Shown: piece by piece, positions 12,592 through 33,289 of the stretch
How the letters are laid out: each line of letters starts with the position of its first letter
Position numbering within the stretch: the stretch's first letter is position 1
Assembly (NCBI GenBank): GCA_033442325.1
Contig: JAWQFM010000006.1
Coordinates: 1,480,961-1,544,793 of the forward strand
DNA length: 63,833 nucleotides
Direction: 5' to 3'
DNA from: Salpingoeca rosetta
Taxonomy: Eukaryota; Protista; Choanoflagellata
Translations under genes and position numbers: made by a program
The notes under the pieces: generated by a model
Database searches by the model: none
What the model saw: only the letters and a program-made list of their open reading frames with translations
What the model was told of the DNA's origin: nothing

Positions 12592-13173
12592 TGAAGCATG
12601 CAGAGATTCAAAGAAGCTCCAGGCCGCCGAGACAGAGATATTGTTGAGTGTGTGTTGCCTTCTTTTACGATACTGGATGAGTGACGGTTTGCTTGCTTTT
12701 GATCACACAGTATGTTGTCCTTGCGCTTCTGTTTCCAGATTTCTAGCGTGTGTGCGATGGCGAACATTATATAGTTCTCTCTCTCTCTCTCTCTCTTCAG
12801 CGCCTTTATCAGTTTATTTCACCCTCAACTCGTTCACCTTGCGTTGCTCTTCGTATTTCCTCATTTCGTTGATGTTCCCACTCCTCACCCATCTCATGCC
12901 GCCTGTAGACGATTTGCAAGTTATTCATGTCACAACACCCTGCGCGTGCGCCCCCCCCCCCCAAAAAAAAATCATTGTTCGATTTGTTCCACTCCCTTGC
13001 CTTTCCTTCCGTCTTTCCTTCCTTGCTTTCTTTCCATTTTCCCTGCGCTGTATGTACTTCGAACGAACCAGCAAGCGCGAACGAAACGAACGCCCGCAAG
13101 TTGATACTTTGATACCCCCCATACACAGCACACACACAACACGCCTCTCGCATGTACGAACATCATCCTCACA

Positions 13174-13242
<69 letters not shown>

Positions 13243-14029
13243 CACAGCATCATCATGGATGAGAGCCTGCACATTACACGGCACTGGCCAATCGTGACGA
13301 TGCCCATAGTGTATGTAGTGATGATGATGATGTTTGGTGGTGGTGTGAAGGTGAAAATGTGAATTGTCAACGTCAACGAGTGCTGTAGTGTGTAACCTCC
13401 TTCGAGTGTGCTTTTTTTCATGACGGCCACAATCAGCGCTTACGCCCTCTGCATAGCAAGCCGCACCACCCCTACATCACCGTCATGGCGCTCATAGGAT
13501 CAATCATCCTATCATCGCTTGCTGACAACTCTTCATCAGCATCACAACTGCCTCGCAACAACGCTCACGGACCTTGAAGCTCCTCCTCAACTCTTCTCGC
13601 TTCAAGCAGCATAAACAGTAGTTGGCGACGTGTCCGCTTCCAACCACCCCACCACACGCCATTCAACATCAACACCACCCCACTTCACCTCTCACTCTCA
13701 CTCACACACACACACACTCACGTCGAGTGCATCGACGATTGTTATGGGCAAGAAAGGAAAGAAGAAGTGAGTCCCCACCCCCACCGCTCAGGGCATGCGT
13801 TGTGCATGGTTCATGTCCTTTTCGTGTCCAAGTTGGTTGCTCACCTCTCTGACAACACCACACCACACGCAACGCAACGCAACGCAACACACCACACCAC
13901 GACACACGCTGTTTGCGTGCGATCAGGAATCGCGGTGGCGGAAAGTCGCCAGCGCAGCGGGTAAGCTTCACAACACCTCCCCCAACGCACTCTGCTGTCG
14001 ACCTGCCACTGCACCTTCCCTTCACGTTG

Positions 14030-14087
14030 CACGTGAACACACGTGAACACACGTGAACGCACGTGAACACACGTGAACACACGTGAA
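14030..14087. repeat. 10-bp tandem repeat (CACGTGAACA) containing six CACGTG E-box hexamers
   Basis: CACGTG starts at 14030, 14040, 14050, 14060, 14070 and 14080. Confidence 0.85.
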
Positions 14088-14297
14088 TACAGCACTCACC
14101 ACGCTCGTGTGCCCATTTGACAGATGCAGCAGCGACGCACACGCAGCAAGTCCGAGCCATCCGCAGAGCGCGATGACAAGAAGTGAGAAGCCTCGATGTG
14201 CCACATAATGTGTTGTGTGTTTGTTGAAGCTTCAGGCTGTGTTCAGCCCGTGCAAAACTCGTGCACTTGGTGCATGACACATCACATCCTTTGCTTA

Positions 14298-14378
<81 letters not shown>

Positions 14379-14391
14379 TGTACACACACTC

Positions 14392-14422
<31 letters not shown>

Positions 14423-14600
14423 AGAAAAGGAGAAAAAGAGTTTCCTTTTAATTGTAAGGGGAAACAAGACAAATTCATCCGGCCCCGGGCCCGCCCCCGA
14501 AAAAAAAAGGAAATTGTTTTGTTGTGTTCAAAGGCCTGGGGGGCTGCGCCCTGGGGATTGTACATTGTGGGGGGGGCGCACGGGGGTTTTGTGGCATAGA

Positions 14601-14700
14601 NNNNNNNNNNNNNNNNNNNNNNNNNNNNNNNNNNNNNNNNNNNNNNNNNNNNNNNNNNNNNNNNNNNNNNNNNNNNNNNNNNNNNNNNNNNNNNNNNNNN
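14601..14700. other. Assembly gap (100 N), preceded by homopolymer-rich, probably low-quality sequence (~14393-14600)
   Basis: Run of N. Confidence 0.99.
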
Positions 14701-15316
14701 CCTTTACTTACCACACACACACAAACACACACACACACACACACACATGTACATACACTCACCCCCCCCCAACACACACACACGCCTGTGTAGACACGTT
14801 GCCTTCAAGTTGTCGGACAACACAGTCCATCTCATCTCGCCTCAGCTACCCCTCCGCAAATAGTGAGTACTTGCTTGCCTTGTCCAAGCGCCTTGCGGCT
14901 GCACTCGTGATTTTGCACTTGTGTGCGTGCCTCACGTGGTTTTGCTCACCAAACACTGCGCACCATCCCTCATCGACACCAAGTGTCGAGCCCATCCCGC
15001 CACGGTTTGAGGGACCCGGTTTCAGCATCGAGGAGTATCTTCGCAACAACGGCCTTCTCGTTGGTCAGTCACAGCAGACAAACGAGAGGATGCTGGGTGG
15101 GAGCATGTCCAAATGTATCTGCTTCTGCTTTGCTGGTGCGCTGGCGCTTACGCCACCACAAACTCGTCGTTAAACCACACACACACACACACTCACACAC
15201 ACACACACTCACACACACTCACACACACACACTCACTCACACACACACTCATACACACACACTCACACACCCCTCCTTCTTTTGCAACATCGCGCACGTT
15301 GCGCTGATTTGCAGAT

Positions 15317-22082
<6,766 letters not shown>

Positions 22083-22274
22083 ACACGTGGCAAACTGCAG
22101 GCCATGCACATGCACACATGATGTGAGCGCACGACAACCACACATGCACGAACACATGCACACACGTACACGAGTACGAGTGCACTCATTCCCAACAACA
22201 ACGCCAAATCCTGTTTGCGACAGCACAAAATTCACGCCCGCGTTGAAAGTGTCAATTTTGACAGGTTGCGTCCT

Positions 22275-22291
22275 GCCGCGAAAATTTCGAA
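22275..22291 (+). promoter_or_regulatory. Candidate E2F/CDE-like plus CHR-like cell-cycle element upstream of CAP-H
   Basis: GCCGCGAAAA followed by TTCGAA about 100 bp upstream of the ATG; motif match only. Confidence 0.3.
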
Positions 22292-22388
22292 CAGCAGCAA
22301 ACAACCACCATCAACACCACATCCACAAACACACACCACGACATCCACATCCACACACAACCACCTCTGTCGACCACATACATCCATC

Positions 22389-22790
22389 ATGGCTGACGTG
22401 TCGACGCCTGCGCCAAAGAGGGACCGTCGCCGAGTGAGCATTGTGGCTCACCGTCGCGCTCTTGGATCACCGCGATCGCCCATGACGCCAGGGGCCAAGT
22501 TCCGTGGCAACAACGACAAGCTGGAGAAGCTTGCTCGTCGCCGCTCCATGGCCATGCAAGTGGCAGAGAAGAAGATGAACACCAGCCCCTTCAAAGCACC
22601 GCCTCCAAACAACCTCCGGTGTGTGTGTGCGTGTGTGTGTGTGCGTGTGTTTGATTGTGAAGTCGTTTCGTAGCCGTGGTGTGGAGTTGTGTTGTTGCAT
22701 GTGTCTGTTGATGTGTGCGTATTTGTCGACGTGGGTGATTGTTGTACTTCCTGTTGTGCATAAACTCTTCTTTCTCCCATAGCACCTTGC

Positions 22791-22836
<46 letters not shown>

Positions 22837-23474
22837 GCACACACACGCACGCACACACACACACACACACGCACACACACACACATTCACACACACACAT
22901 TCACACACACACACACACACGCACACACACACATTCACACACATACCCTTCCGTCATCAAAACAGCGCGGGGGTGCCGCCAAAACCAAACCAAACTGCAC
23001 AGGTTGCCTCGGGCATGAGTGCCAGCCAACTGACAGACTTGTACGCCAATTGCATCAAGATGTGCAGCGAGAACGTGAGTTTTGGTCTTGACCACGAATG
23101 CAATCGCAAGCACTTGCGTGCATGCTCTTGTTTGTATTTGCGTTTCTGCACACATCTGCTGTTCTTGTCGGTTTCACGTGGAACTGAAACATGCCTCGCG
23201 CTCGTCATCTCGCCCGACATAACACTTGTTTCTGCTGCCTTTCGTTCACGTGCGCACACTCCTGCGTTGAGACAGAAAATCAACCAAAAGAACTCCTGGG
23301 AGCTGCCACTCATCGACTACATCACAGATGTCATGTCTGCACGCCCGGGCGAGCTGACCAACTTTCAGGTCGGTATGATGTATGCGATCGAGGAGTGTAT
23401 GTGAGTGTGTGAATGAGCGTGTGTGTGGGTGTGCGAGTGTGCGAGTGTGCGAGTGTGCGAGCGCGTGTGAGTGA

Positions 23475-23506
<32 letters not shown>

Positions 23507-26500
23507 GTGTGAGTGTGTGAGTGTGTGTGCAAGTGTGTGTGATTGATTGGGTACGTGAGTAAGCGAGCAACATATTTGCTGGTGTTTGTGCGAGCCCCAT
23601 CTTGCTGGACCTGTGTGCGTTGCGTCGCTGTACCGCATCACCGCACCTTCATTCATCGTCGTTGCTGCGATAACTTTGCTCAGATGGCCAGTGTGACGCT
23701 GGACGCAAGCGTGAAGATCTACTCTTGCCGTGTCGACTCCATCCATTCAGAGGCGTACAAGGTCCTGGGCGGCATCAGCCGTTCCGATAAGAAGGCAGGG
23801 GCCCTCACGGACAACCATGACGACGACGAAGACGATGACGAGAATGGCGGGAAGAAGAAGCGCAAGCGCCGCGTGAGTTGGTTGTCAACTTGCTGCACTC
23901 ATTTGCTTGTGTGTAGACTGGTGTGCGTACATATTTGCGTTTTGTGTATCTGAATCTGTGTGTGTATGTGAATCTGTGTGTGCATGTGCGTGCGTGTTTG
24001 CGGTTGTGACTGATATTGTAGGCCTGTTATTTCCCTTCGTCTTGTCTGAAGCACTGGGTTGCCCATGTACCTCCTTTCTCTCATCCTCTATATGTAACTT
24101 TTGGTGCTCCATGAATGATGCTTTCACCATCAACCCTTGTGAAAATGTCAGGCCCGCGCCGTCAACACACTCGAGAGCAACCCAGCCTCGCTCAACGTCA
24201 AGAAGTTTGATCTCCAGTTTGACGTGGACCCGCTCTTCAAGCAGGTTTGTGTGCATGCTTGCAACTGCGTTCGTCAGCATCACCCCACATCGACGAAGCA
24301 CACACACACACATGCACGCATACACACACATGCACACATACACACACACTCACACATACATACACACACATACACACACACTCACACACACACACATGCA
24401 CACACACACACACAGTCTTTCACTCAGTAACACTCACCACTTGTGATCGTGCACTTGCTGCTCCCACATTGACCAAATGGCAGACCTCTGCTGCGTTTGA
24501 CGAGGGCGGTGCACGCGGGCTGCTGCTGAACCACCTGACTGTTGATGAGACCGGCACGCTGGTCTTTGACTCGCAGGGTGGCGACTTCAAGTACGACAAG
24601 CAGGACCCAGACATTCCCGACGAAGCGTATGAGTCGCTCTTCGGTGAGTCTCGGGCGGCGGCTCTGTGTTGCTGTGCTTGTGCTCCACCATGCTACACCA
24701 CGCCACGCCATGCTTGCAAGCTCTCAGTGCAACGTGGGATTTGGTGTGAATGAGTGAATTGCTGTTGGTGGACACACTATCGTATGCACACAGCTGGCAC
24801 ACCCGCACCTTACGCTCGCTTGCATTCATGTGTGTTTGAACGAAAAAGGCGAGTGGAAGCAAGAAGTCGAGGACTTTGAGTCGCTGCAGATCTGCCCGAG
24901 CTTGGCTGACTTTGTGTTCATGGGTTGGGAGCCCACTGTGAACGGCGGCGGCGACGATGCAGAGACAGTTGGTGCGTGCGACAACAGCAGTGGTAGGGTT
25001 GGGCATGCAGTGCGTGTGCACCGCAATCGCTGTGTCATTCTCGAGCAGTGCCAGCCTCAAGGCATTCCACACGACACACCATTTTGTTCTGTGACTACAT
25101 CAAAATCACACACGCACACTATCACTATCACTGACACGCAAATTGGCACCCACATACTCACCTGTTCCCCGCCCTCACGCACACACACACATGCACACAC
25201 ACTCACACATGCACACACTCACACACACGCACACACGCACGCACACACGCACGCACACACTCGCGCAGCGGTGACAGGGCAGAAGCAGCAGCAGCAACGC
25301 GTTCCCGCCACTCCCATGAAGGTCAACATGAATGCCGAGGGTGGCTTCAACCTGAACCAATCAGGTATCAGGAATGCAGCACTGAATGAAATATGCACGC
25401 TTAGTCTTCTTGCTCCTCCGTGATATCTGGTACACTGCACGGAGATGGTTGACCTTGGACTCGCGCACTCACGCGTGCTGATATCTGCCTGTGCTGATGG
25501 ACAGATGATGATGGAGACGACTTTTATGACGCGTTTGCGGATGCGTTTGAGGACACGATGATTGCAGGCGGTGATGACAACAATGTCACTCGCATCGCCG
25601 CCCAATCGCGCGCAGCAAAGCCAGCTCTGGTGGGTTCAATCACGTGTGGACAATGTATGTTCATAGGCGACCCATTTGCTTGCATTTACGCACATCCACA
25701 CACACTTGCACACACATGCACACACATCCATGTACACATACACGCAGCTGTTCCTCACACTGTTATCTCCACCATTGTTCCCTCCTGTTTTTTTCTTTGT
25801 CAAGGGTTTGGCGCCCTTTTCCCAGGCAATGACGCTGGCGCTGCAGGATGGGACAACGTCGGAGTACTCGTACTTCAATGAAGCCGCAATGAAGAACTGG
25901 GCCGGTCCATCGCACTGGAAATTCCAAAAGAAGACAGGTGCATATGTGTGTATTTGTGTGTGTATGTTTGTGTGTGTGTGTGTGTATTTGTGTGTGTGTG
26001 TGTGTTTGTGTGTGTGTGTATTTGTGTTTGTGTTTGTGTGTGTGTGTATTTGTGTTTGTGTGTGTGTGTGTGTGTTTGTGTTTGTGTGTGCGCGTGCGTG
26101 TGCGTGTATGTGTGTGCGTGTGTACATTCATGTGCCTTTCATAACCGAGAACGAGAACAGCAGGGTAAACTTCACCATGAACGTGCTAATGCCAGTACCT
26201 CACACGGTTTGCTTCTCGCCTCACATGCACGTATGTTGCAGAGAAAAAGGGTGACGACAAAGCGTCCCAGTCAAAGAAGAAGAAGAAGGAAAAGTTCTTC
26301 ATTGACTTTGATGGCGAGGCACCCGATTGGACAGCGTGCTTTGCCACGAGCAGGGCGGCAACCACGCTTGCCAAAAGCACACTCAGCCGCAAACCTGAGG
26401 AGTTCCTGCTCCCAGTTGATGTGCAATACAAGTTGGAGTCGCTCACCAAGCTCTTCACAAACCCAGCCATGCGGGTATGTCGCGCGCGCGTGTGTGTATT

Positions 26501-28949
26501 TGTGTGTGTGTGCGTGCGTGTGCGTGTGTGTTTGTGTGTGTGTGTGTGTGTTGTGTGTGTGTGCGTGTGTGTGCGTGTTTGCGACAATGAACGTGTGGAG
26601 GGAATCGTCGAGGGGACTGCAGCAATGTGTCCGTGCTCAGCCACACCACGTCAATGTTAGCTTCCTCACCACGACCATGTGCTGCATCGACACATGTGCA
26701 GATTGTTCGCAAGAGCGACGACGCCTCGGACGATTACAGCGGCGGCGACGCGCAATGGTGAGAGAGGTCACATGACGGCGGCAGTGTTGTTGGAGAGCGT
26801 AAACGTTTCAACTCATGTCCAAACCAAATGGAAAACGTGGATGTTCAAACATGGTGCAGTGCACTGGCATTTCTCGTGCTGGGCTACGTTCTTCTTCTTC
26901 TTCTTCTTCTTCTTCTTCTTCTTCTTCTTCTTCTTGCTCTCATTGCATGTTCGGCATTTCTCCTCGTGTACACGCATGACAGGTATGACTACAACAACCC
27001 GAACGACGCCAACAACTTTTGTGGATTTGGTGACGGTACGATCTCACATGCGCAACACCACCCAACAGCTTGCTTTCTGCCGAGACTCTTGTTCGACGAG
27101 TGCACCCAACTCACTCACTCACACTCTCTGACTGCCTCTTTCTCGTTCATTCACACACACACTCACAAACACACACGCACGCACACGCACACGCACACTC
27201 ACTCCCTCACACTCACACACTCATTCACACACTCACTTACGCGCCATCTACCGCTTTGCGGCGCGGTTGGTGATAGGAGCCGCGTTTGCTGAGCACGAGG
27301 ATGATGGCGCGGACTTTGGCGGTGATGACGGCGCTGACAACTGGAGCGATACAGAGCAAGCGCAAGGGCCAGCACGCGGGCTTGAGCCTGGCGAAAGTGG
27401 AGCTCATGCAGGCAACATATCTGCACTGTTGCAGCGCGCACGCCCATCCCAATTCTCCCTCATTGACGAGCCAACAAAGGCACAAAAGGTGCGTGCGTGT
27501 GTGTGTGCGTGTGCGTGCGTGCGTGTGTGTATGTGTGTGCAGGCTGTTTTATCGTGCTGGGTTGGCGAGTCACTTTCTGTATTGTGGGGATCAAGGTTGT
27601 TGCTGTAACAGGTGCCCTAACCCTTCTGCCCACATGACTGCATCATTTCTCCTTCTCCTTCTTCTTCTTCTTCTTCTTCGTCTTCTTCTTCTTCTTCTTC
27701 TTCTCTTCTTCTTCTTCTTCTTCTTCTTCTTCTTCTTCTTCTTCTTCTTCTTCTTCTTCTTCTTCTTCTTCTTCTTCTTCTTCTTCTTCTTCTTCTTCTT
27801 CTTCTTCTTCTTCTTCTTCTTCTTCTTCTTCTTCTTCTTCTTCTTCTTCTTCTTCTTCTTCTTCTTCTTCTTCTTCTTCTTCTTCTTCTTCTTCTTCTTC
27901 TTCTTCTTCTTCTTCTTCTTCTTCTTCTTCTTCTTCTTCTTCTTCTTCTTCTTCTTCTTCTTCTTCTTCTTCTTCTTCTTCGTCCTCCTTTTTCTAGATC
28001 CACATCAACTATGCCAAACAAGCCAAGCGCATTAATGTGAAGCAAGTCAAGTCCTCCATGTGGTCAAAGCTGACGACGGCGCCGGAAGAGCATGACGATC
28101 AGGTGTGGCACGTGTGTATGTGTATGTGGGGTGTACTTGTGTGTGTACGTGTGCGTGTGTGTATGTGTGTATGTGTGTGTTCGTTGTGTTTGGCGCTGCC
28201 TGTTGGCAATGCGCAACAATGCCTGTGTTCACGCTTGGTGGTAGTTTGGTTCTTTTCCTTCGTGGCTGACATGATATGTGTTGCGTGTTTCTTGGGGACG
28301 GCGTTCAGGAGAACGGCGAGAGCAGTCACAACGTGGTTGAGTCCGCGTACGGACAGAAGTTCACGGACGTCACAAAGCAGCAGTCGTTTGCCGAGATTGT
28401 TAGCGGTACGTCACGGCTAGAAGCTCACGTCTTCTTCTCTCTCATACACACCAACCAAACACGTTCAATGCGCAGCAATTCCCATTTCACTGCACTGCGT
28501 GCCTGCCCCTGTCTGGCGGTCCTTTCTTTCTCTTTCATTCCGCCTTGCCCTGCTTTGTCATTCCGTTTTGCCCTCCTCCCTCCCTCTGTCTCCCCTCCTC
28601 TCTCTCTCTCTCTCACACACACCTTCACACACACACACACACACACTCACACCTTCACACACACACACACACACACTTACACACTTACACTCACACTCAC
28701 ACACTCACACCTTCACACACACATTCACATACTTACACACTTCCACTCACACATACTCTCTCCCTTGCTTTTCCCCTCTCTCTGCCTGCAGACGTGCCGA
28801 AAATGGTTCCGCAACAAATGGGCGAGCAGCTCTCTGTGCCCATCATGTTTGTGTGCTTGCTTCACCTGGCCAATGAGAAGCATCTCAAGATCACGGGCGA
28901 CACCACTGACGCCCTCAGCATGGACGACCTCGCCATCATCCAAGGCTGA
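22389..28949 (+). CDS. NCAPH: Condensin I complex subunit H (CAP-H / Barren / Cnd2 kleisin)
   Basis: Spliced motifs [12 protein letters not shown]|[19 protein letters not shown]|[30 protein letters not shown]|[55 protein letters not shown] and [19 protein letters not shown]. Stop at 28949. Confidence 0.95.
27650..27981. repeat. Long intronic (TTC)n microsatellite directly before a 3' splice site
   Basis: About 330 bp of near-perfect TTC repeat ending shortly before ttctag|atccac. Confidence 0.95.
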
Positions 28950-29409
28950 AGTGTGCGCGTGTGCGTATGTGTGTGCATGTGTGAGTATGTGTGTGTATGT
29001 ATGTGTGTGCATGTGTGCATGTGTGCGTGTGTGCGTGTGTGTGTTGAAACTGCCTTGCTTGCTTGCTGTCGTTCTGTGCGTCTCTTTGAGTGTGTCCGCG
29101 TTACAAAGTCATGCGAAAGTAGCCACGCAGTGAGGCAGTGACGCGAGTCGTGTCTGGATGCTTGTGCTGCTACTTCATGTTGGCTTCCTTTCTTCGCTTC
29201 CTTTCTTCGCTTCCTTTGTCTTCTACTGTTGCGTGTTGTGGCAACCAGAGTGCAGAAAATTTGGTGTATCTTCATACAAATTTAAACTCGTCTTTGTGTC
29301 ACAAGCCACGCCCACCGCCAGCCAGTGCCCGCACTTTCCTCTCCCTCTCGTGTCCAGCAAAGCACCCGTCCTTCTTTCCTTCCTTGCTCAACCTAACAAG
29401 CCCCCAAAG

Positions 29410-31829
29410 ATGGCCGAGAGCTTCAACCACGGCTATGCCGGCGGGATGCGCAAGCCCCGCAAGTACAACATCGAGAACACCAACATTGCCATGCTTGGCA
29501 CCGACCTGGAGAAGGCTGTTCGCCAGCAGGCCGCCGAGACGGAGAAGGCCGTACGTTGTGTGGTGCTGTTGTGTGTTGTGTTGTTTGTAGCGTGTTGTCG
29601 CATGTTGTGTTGGTGTGTGCTGTTGTGTGTTGTGTTGTTTGTAGCGTGGTGTGTTGCTATGTGTTGTGTTGTTGTGTTGTTGTGTGTCCTGTTGTTGTTG
29701 TGTTGTTGTGTGTCCTGTTGTTGTGTCGTTTTGTATTCATGTGGTCGTTAGGTTTGAAACTGCCTTGATGCGCTGTTGGTGAGAATGCGTGACACGACTG
29801 TGAACACAGGCGTGCAAGTTGTTTGTTTCGCTCACATTTTTTTTGCTCCACTTGCTTGGTGTGATGATGGCAGTGGCAGCAAGTCAACACCAAGAAGCCC
29901 ACCTTGATGGTGTGGCGCATTGAGCAGTTCAAGGTCGTGGCCGTGGACAAGGAAGACTACGGCACCTTTTACGATGGTGACTCGTACATCATCCTCCACT
30001 CGTACTTCAAGGACGGCCAGGGCGCCCTCGTGTACGACGTACGTCAACGTGGATCTCGTGCTCTGTCTATCCTGCTGTTGTCGCCACTGTCGTTATCATC
30101 GGCATGTCAGTGGCTGTCATGTGCTCCTCCTTGCTCTGGCAATACATGGCTGCTGCCCTTCAGCTCGTTGCAACGACCACACACACACACACACACACAC
30201 ACATACGTACACACTCACACTCAATCACACACCCTCACACACACTCACACTCAATCACACATCCACACACACACCCTCACACACACACACTCACATACGT
30301 ACTCACACACTCACTCACACGTTTGCTTGCTTGCCTTTCGTGCTTCAGATCCACTTCTGGATCGGCTCGCAGAGCTCCCAGGACGAGTACGGCACTGCCG
30401 CCTACAAGACGGTGCGTTGCTTGCCATTGGTGCCGTTGTCATGCTGCGGGTAATTTGCTGTGTGACACAGCCCAATGAAAGGTGCAGCTTGATTGAAGGT
30501 ACAGCGCCCCTTTATACCCCCATCCTCCCTTTTGGGTTGCTTCCACATGCTTTGTTCCCCCCCCCAACCTGTCCCCACCACACCTCGCCTCCCGTTCTCA
30601 TTCCATGCATGTCTCGCGCGCACATGCAAACAGGTTGAGCTTGACGACTTCCTTGGCGGCAAGGCGTGCCAATACCGCGAGGTGCAGGACCACGAGAGCC
30701 GCCGCTTCAAGTCCATCTTCCGCAGCATCATCGTCATGGAGGGCGGAGTCAGTAAGTCGACAGTTGCTCTCGAACGAGTTCACTGCTGTTGTACGTGCCG
30801 TCCTCATGCCATGATGACACTGCAGACTTTTGTTTTTGACTCAACATCATGTCACGCCCGCTCTTCACCTCTCCTCCGCTGTCAGCACTGCAGTGCTTTG
30901 CGTCATCACTTCAGCCGCTCACACCCTGCTGTTTCTTCACTCCACTTGCACCCGACCTGCGTCATGCTCTTCTCCTTGCCGTCTTCTCTCCCTCCCTCGT
31001 TTCCATCCAACACCCCTCCTCTCCTCTGCAGAGAGCGGGTTCCGCCACGTGAAGCCGCGCGAGTACCGCAACCGCCTGCTGCACATCAAGGGCAAGCTCA
31101 ACACCATCGCCATGGAGGTTGCAATCTCCTGCGACTCGCTCAACGCCGGCGACTCGTTTGTCTTTGACGCGGGCCTCAACCTGTACGTGTGGCACGGCAA
31201 GAACGCAGGCATCATGGAGAAGACCAAGGCTGCAAACCTCGCGCAGGCGCTGGATGATTCGCGCGGCGGTATGGCCGTCCGCCACGTCTTTGACCAGGAC
31301 GACCGCGACCACGACTTCTTCAAGGCCATGGGCGTCGAGAAGGGTGAGCCCCACGGAGCTGGAAGAGAGGGAGAGTGGTGGTGTGTGTGTGTGTGGGGGG
31401 GGGGGGTAGGTGTCTGTCTAGCGTGCGTGTGCGTGTGATCGTGTGATCGCGCGTGTGTATGCGTGAGTGTGTGAGACTCTGTGCTTCTGTTTCATGTGTG
31501 CGAAGAGCGTCGTGTGCATGCACCTCACATCTCAACAACAATGTCATCCACCCCCCCTGCCTCTTCCTCATCCCTCTTCTCTCCCACACGGACACGTGCA
31601 GGCGCGATCAAGGACAAGGACGAGGGCGGCAGCGATGCGCAGGTGACGATTGGCGAGAAGCGGCTGTTGCGGCTGTCGGACAGCGGCGGGTCCCTGCAGA
31701 TGAACGAGGTGGCCAAGGGCGACGACATTCGTCGCGACATGCTCAACACCAAGGACGTCTTCATCCTCGGTGCGACACCCCATGCGTCGTGTTTGACGTT
31801 GGTTTCTGTGGTCTGCTTGTGAGGTGTGT

Positions 31830-31902
<73 letters not shown>

Positions 31903-33255
31903 GTGCGTGTGTTGCACTTTGTGTGCATGTGCATTCCTTTTTGTGCGTGCGCTTTGTTGTGCGTGTGCCCTTTGTTGTGCGTGCGTGAGTGTGCGTGTGA
32001 GGTGAGCATGAGCACCTTGCCTTCATCGACGCCGTGTGCATGCGCAATCCCCGTTCCTCACACATGTACCCAAACATACTGGCCACGGCGTGTGTGGGTG
32101 CAGACGACGGGTACGAGATTATGGTGTGGGTTGGCCTTGAGGCGAGCATGGAGGAGCGGCGCCAGGCCCTCAACCGCGCAGCGGAGTACCTCAAGAGCAA
32201 CGGCAAGCCCATGACCACCCCAATCTCAAAGATCTACGAGGGCGGCGAGAACGAGGTGTGTGTGTGTATATTTGAGGCTACCTCGGTTCTTAATGGTTCA
32301 TTGACCAATGTTCCCTTCCTCTTCGTCTTCCTCACCACCACCACCACCACCAACCACCACCACCACCACCATTGCAGCTGTTTGAGGCTGCGTTTGAGGT
32401 TGGCGTGCGGTCTGGCGGCGACGCGGAGGCGATTGCCAACGCGTCTCGCTCCAAGGCCGTTGCCAGCAGCGCAACCGCCGGGTACAAGGGCTCTGGCGGG
32501 CCCGGCACCGTCGTCGACATGGACGCCCTCTACAAGTGAGACTTGCGCTGCATGTCTGGACGGGAGTGAGAGCGGGGGCAGAGGGGTATGTGTCGTCAGT
32601 TTGCGTATGGGCGCTCACTATCAGCTCCATTTTGTTGTTCACGCACTCACTCACTCACTCACTCACTCACTCACTCACTCACTCACTCTCTCACTCACTC
32701 ACGCACTCACGCACTCACTCACTCACTCACTCACTCACTCACTCACTCACTCACGCACTCACTCACTCACGCACTCACGCACTCACTCTCTTCCCTCTAT
32801 CCACGCACCCGACATACACACTCGCACTGCCCTTTCTCCGTTGTCCACTGCAGCCAGAACGGGGTCGACCCTGCCCAGTGGGGCGGACGCGGCAAGGCGC
32901 CCTCGCTGTATGCGCTTGAACTGCAGGCAAAGAAGGCCGGCGCATACAGCCCCACGTCCGGGTGGGTCTCTGGCCACACCCAGCGCGAGCGGCAGCTGAA
33001 GCAGGCGCGCATTGCTGAGCTTGAGCAGCACTACGCCGCCAACCGCAAGGCCCGCTCGGAGTCTGGTGACACCTCTTTTGCCAGCGTCAAGCCGTTTATC
33101 AACTTTGACCCAAAGGCCGACGCCATGAAAGTGCGCAAGGCCATCAAGGGCCTCGGTACGTCACATGTTCATTTGTTTGTGTGTTTGAATGCGTATGTGT
33201 TTGTGTTTGAATGTGTGCGTGTGTTTGAACGTGTGCGTGCATGTTTTGTGTTTGA

Positions 33256-33289
<34 letters not shown>

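Noticed and set aside
14393-14600. Homopolymer-rich, compositionally odd segment
   Set aside because: It abuts an N gap after a long CA repeat, which is typical of low-quality read ends.
13420-15063. Possible small exons (e.g. ~13920-13960, 14124-14182, 14794-14862, ~14960-15063) of a 5' extension of the USP gene or of a separate gene
   Set aside because: Splice-like signals are present, but I could not build a confident frame or recognise a domain across the gap.
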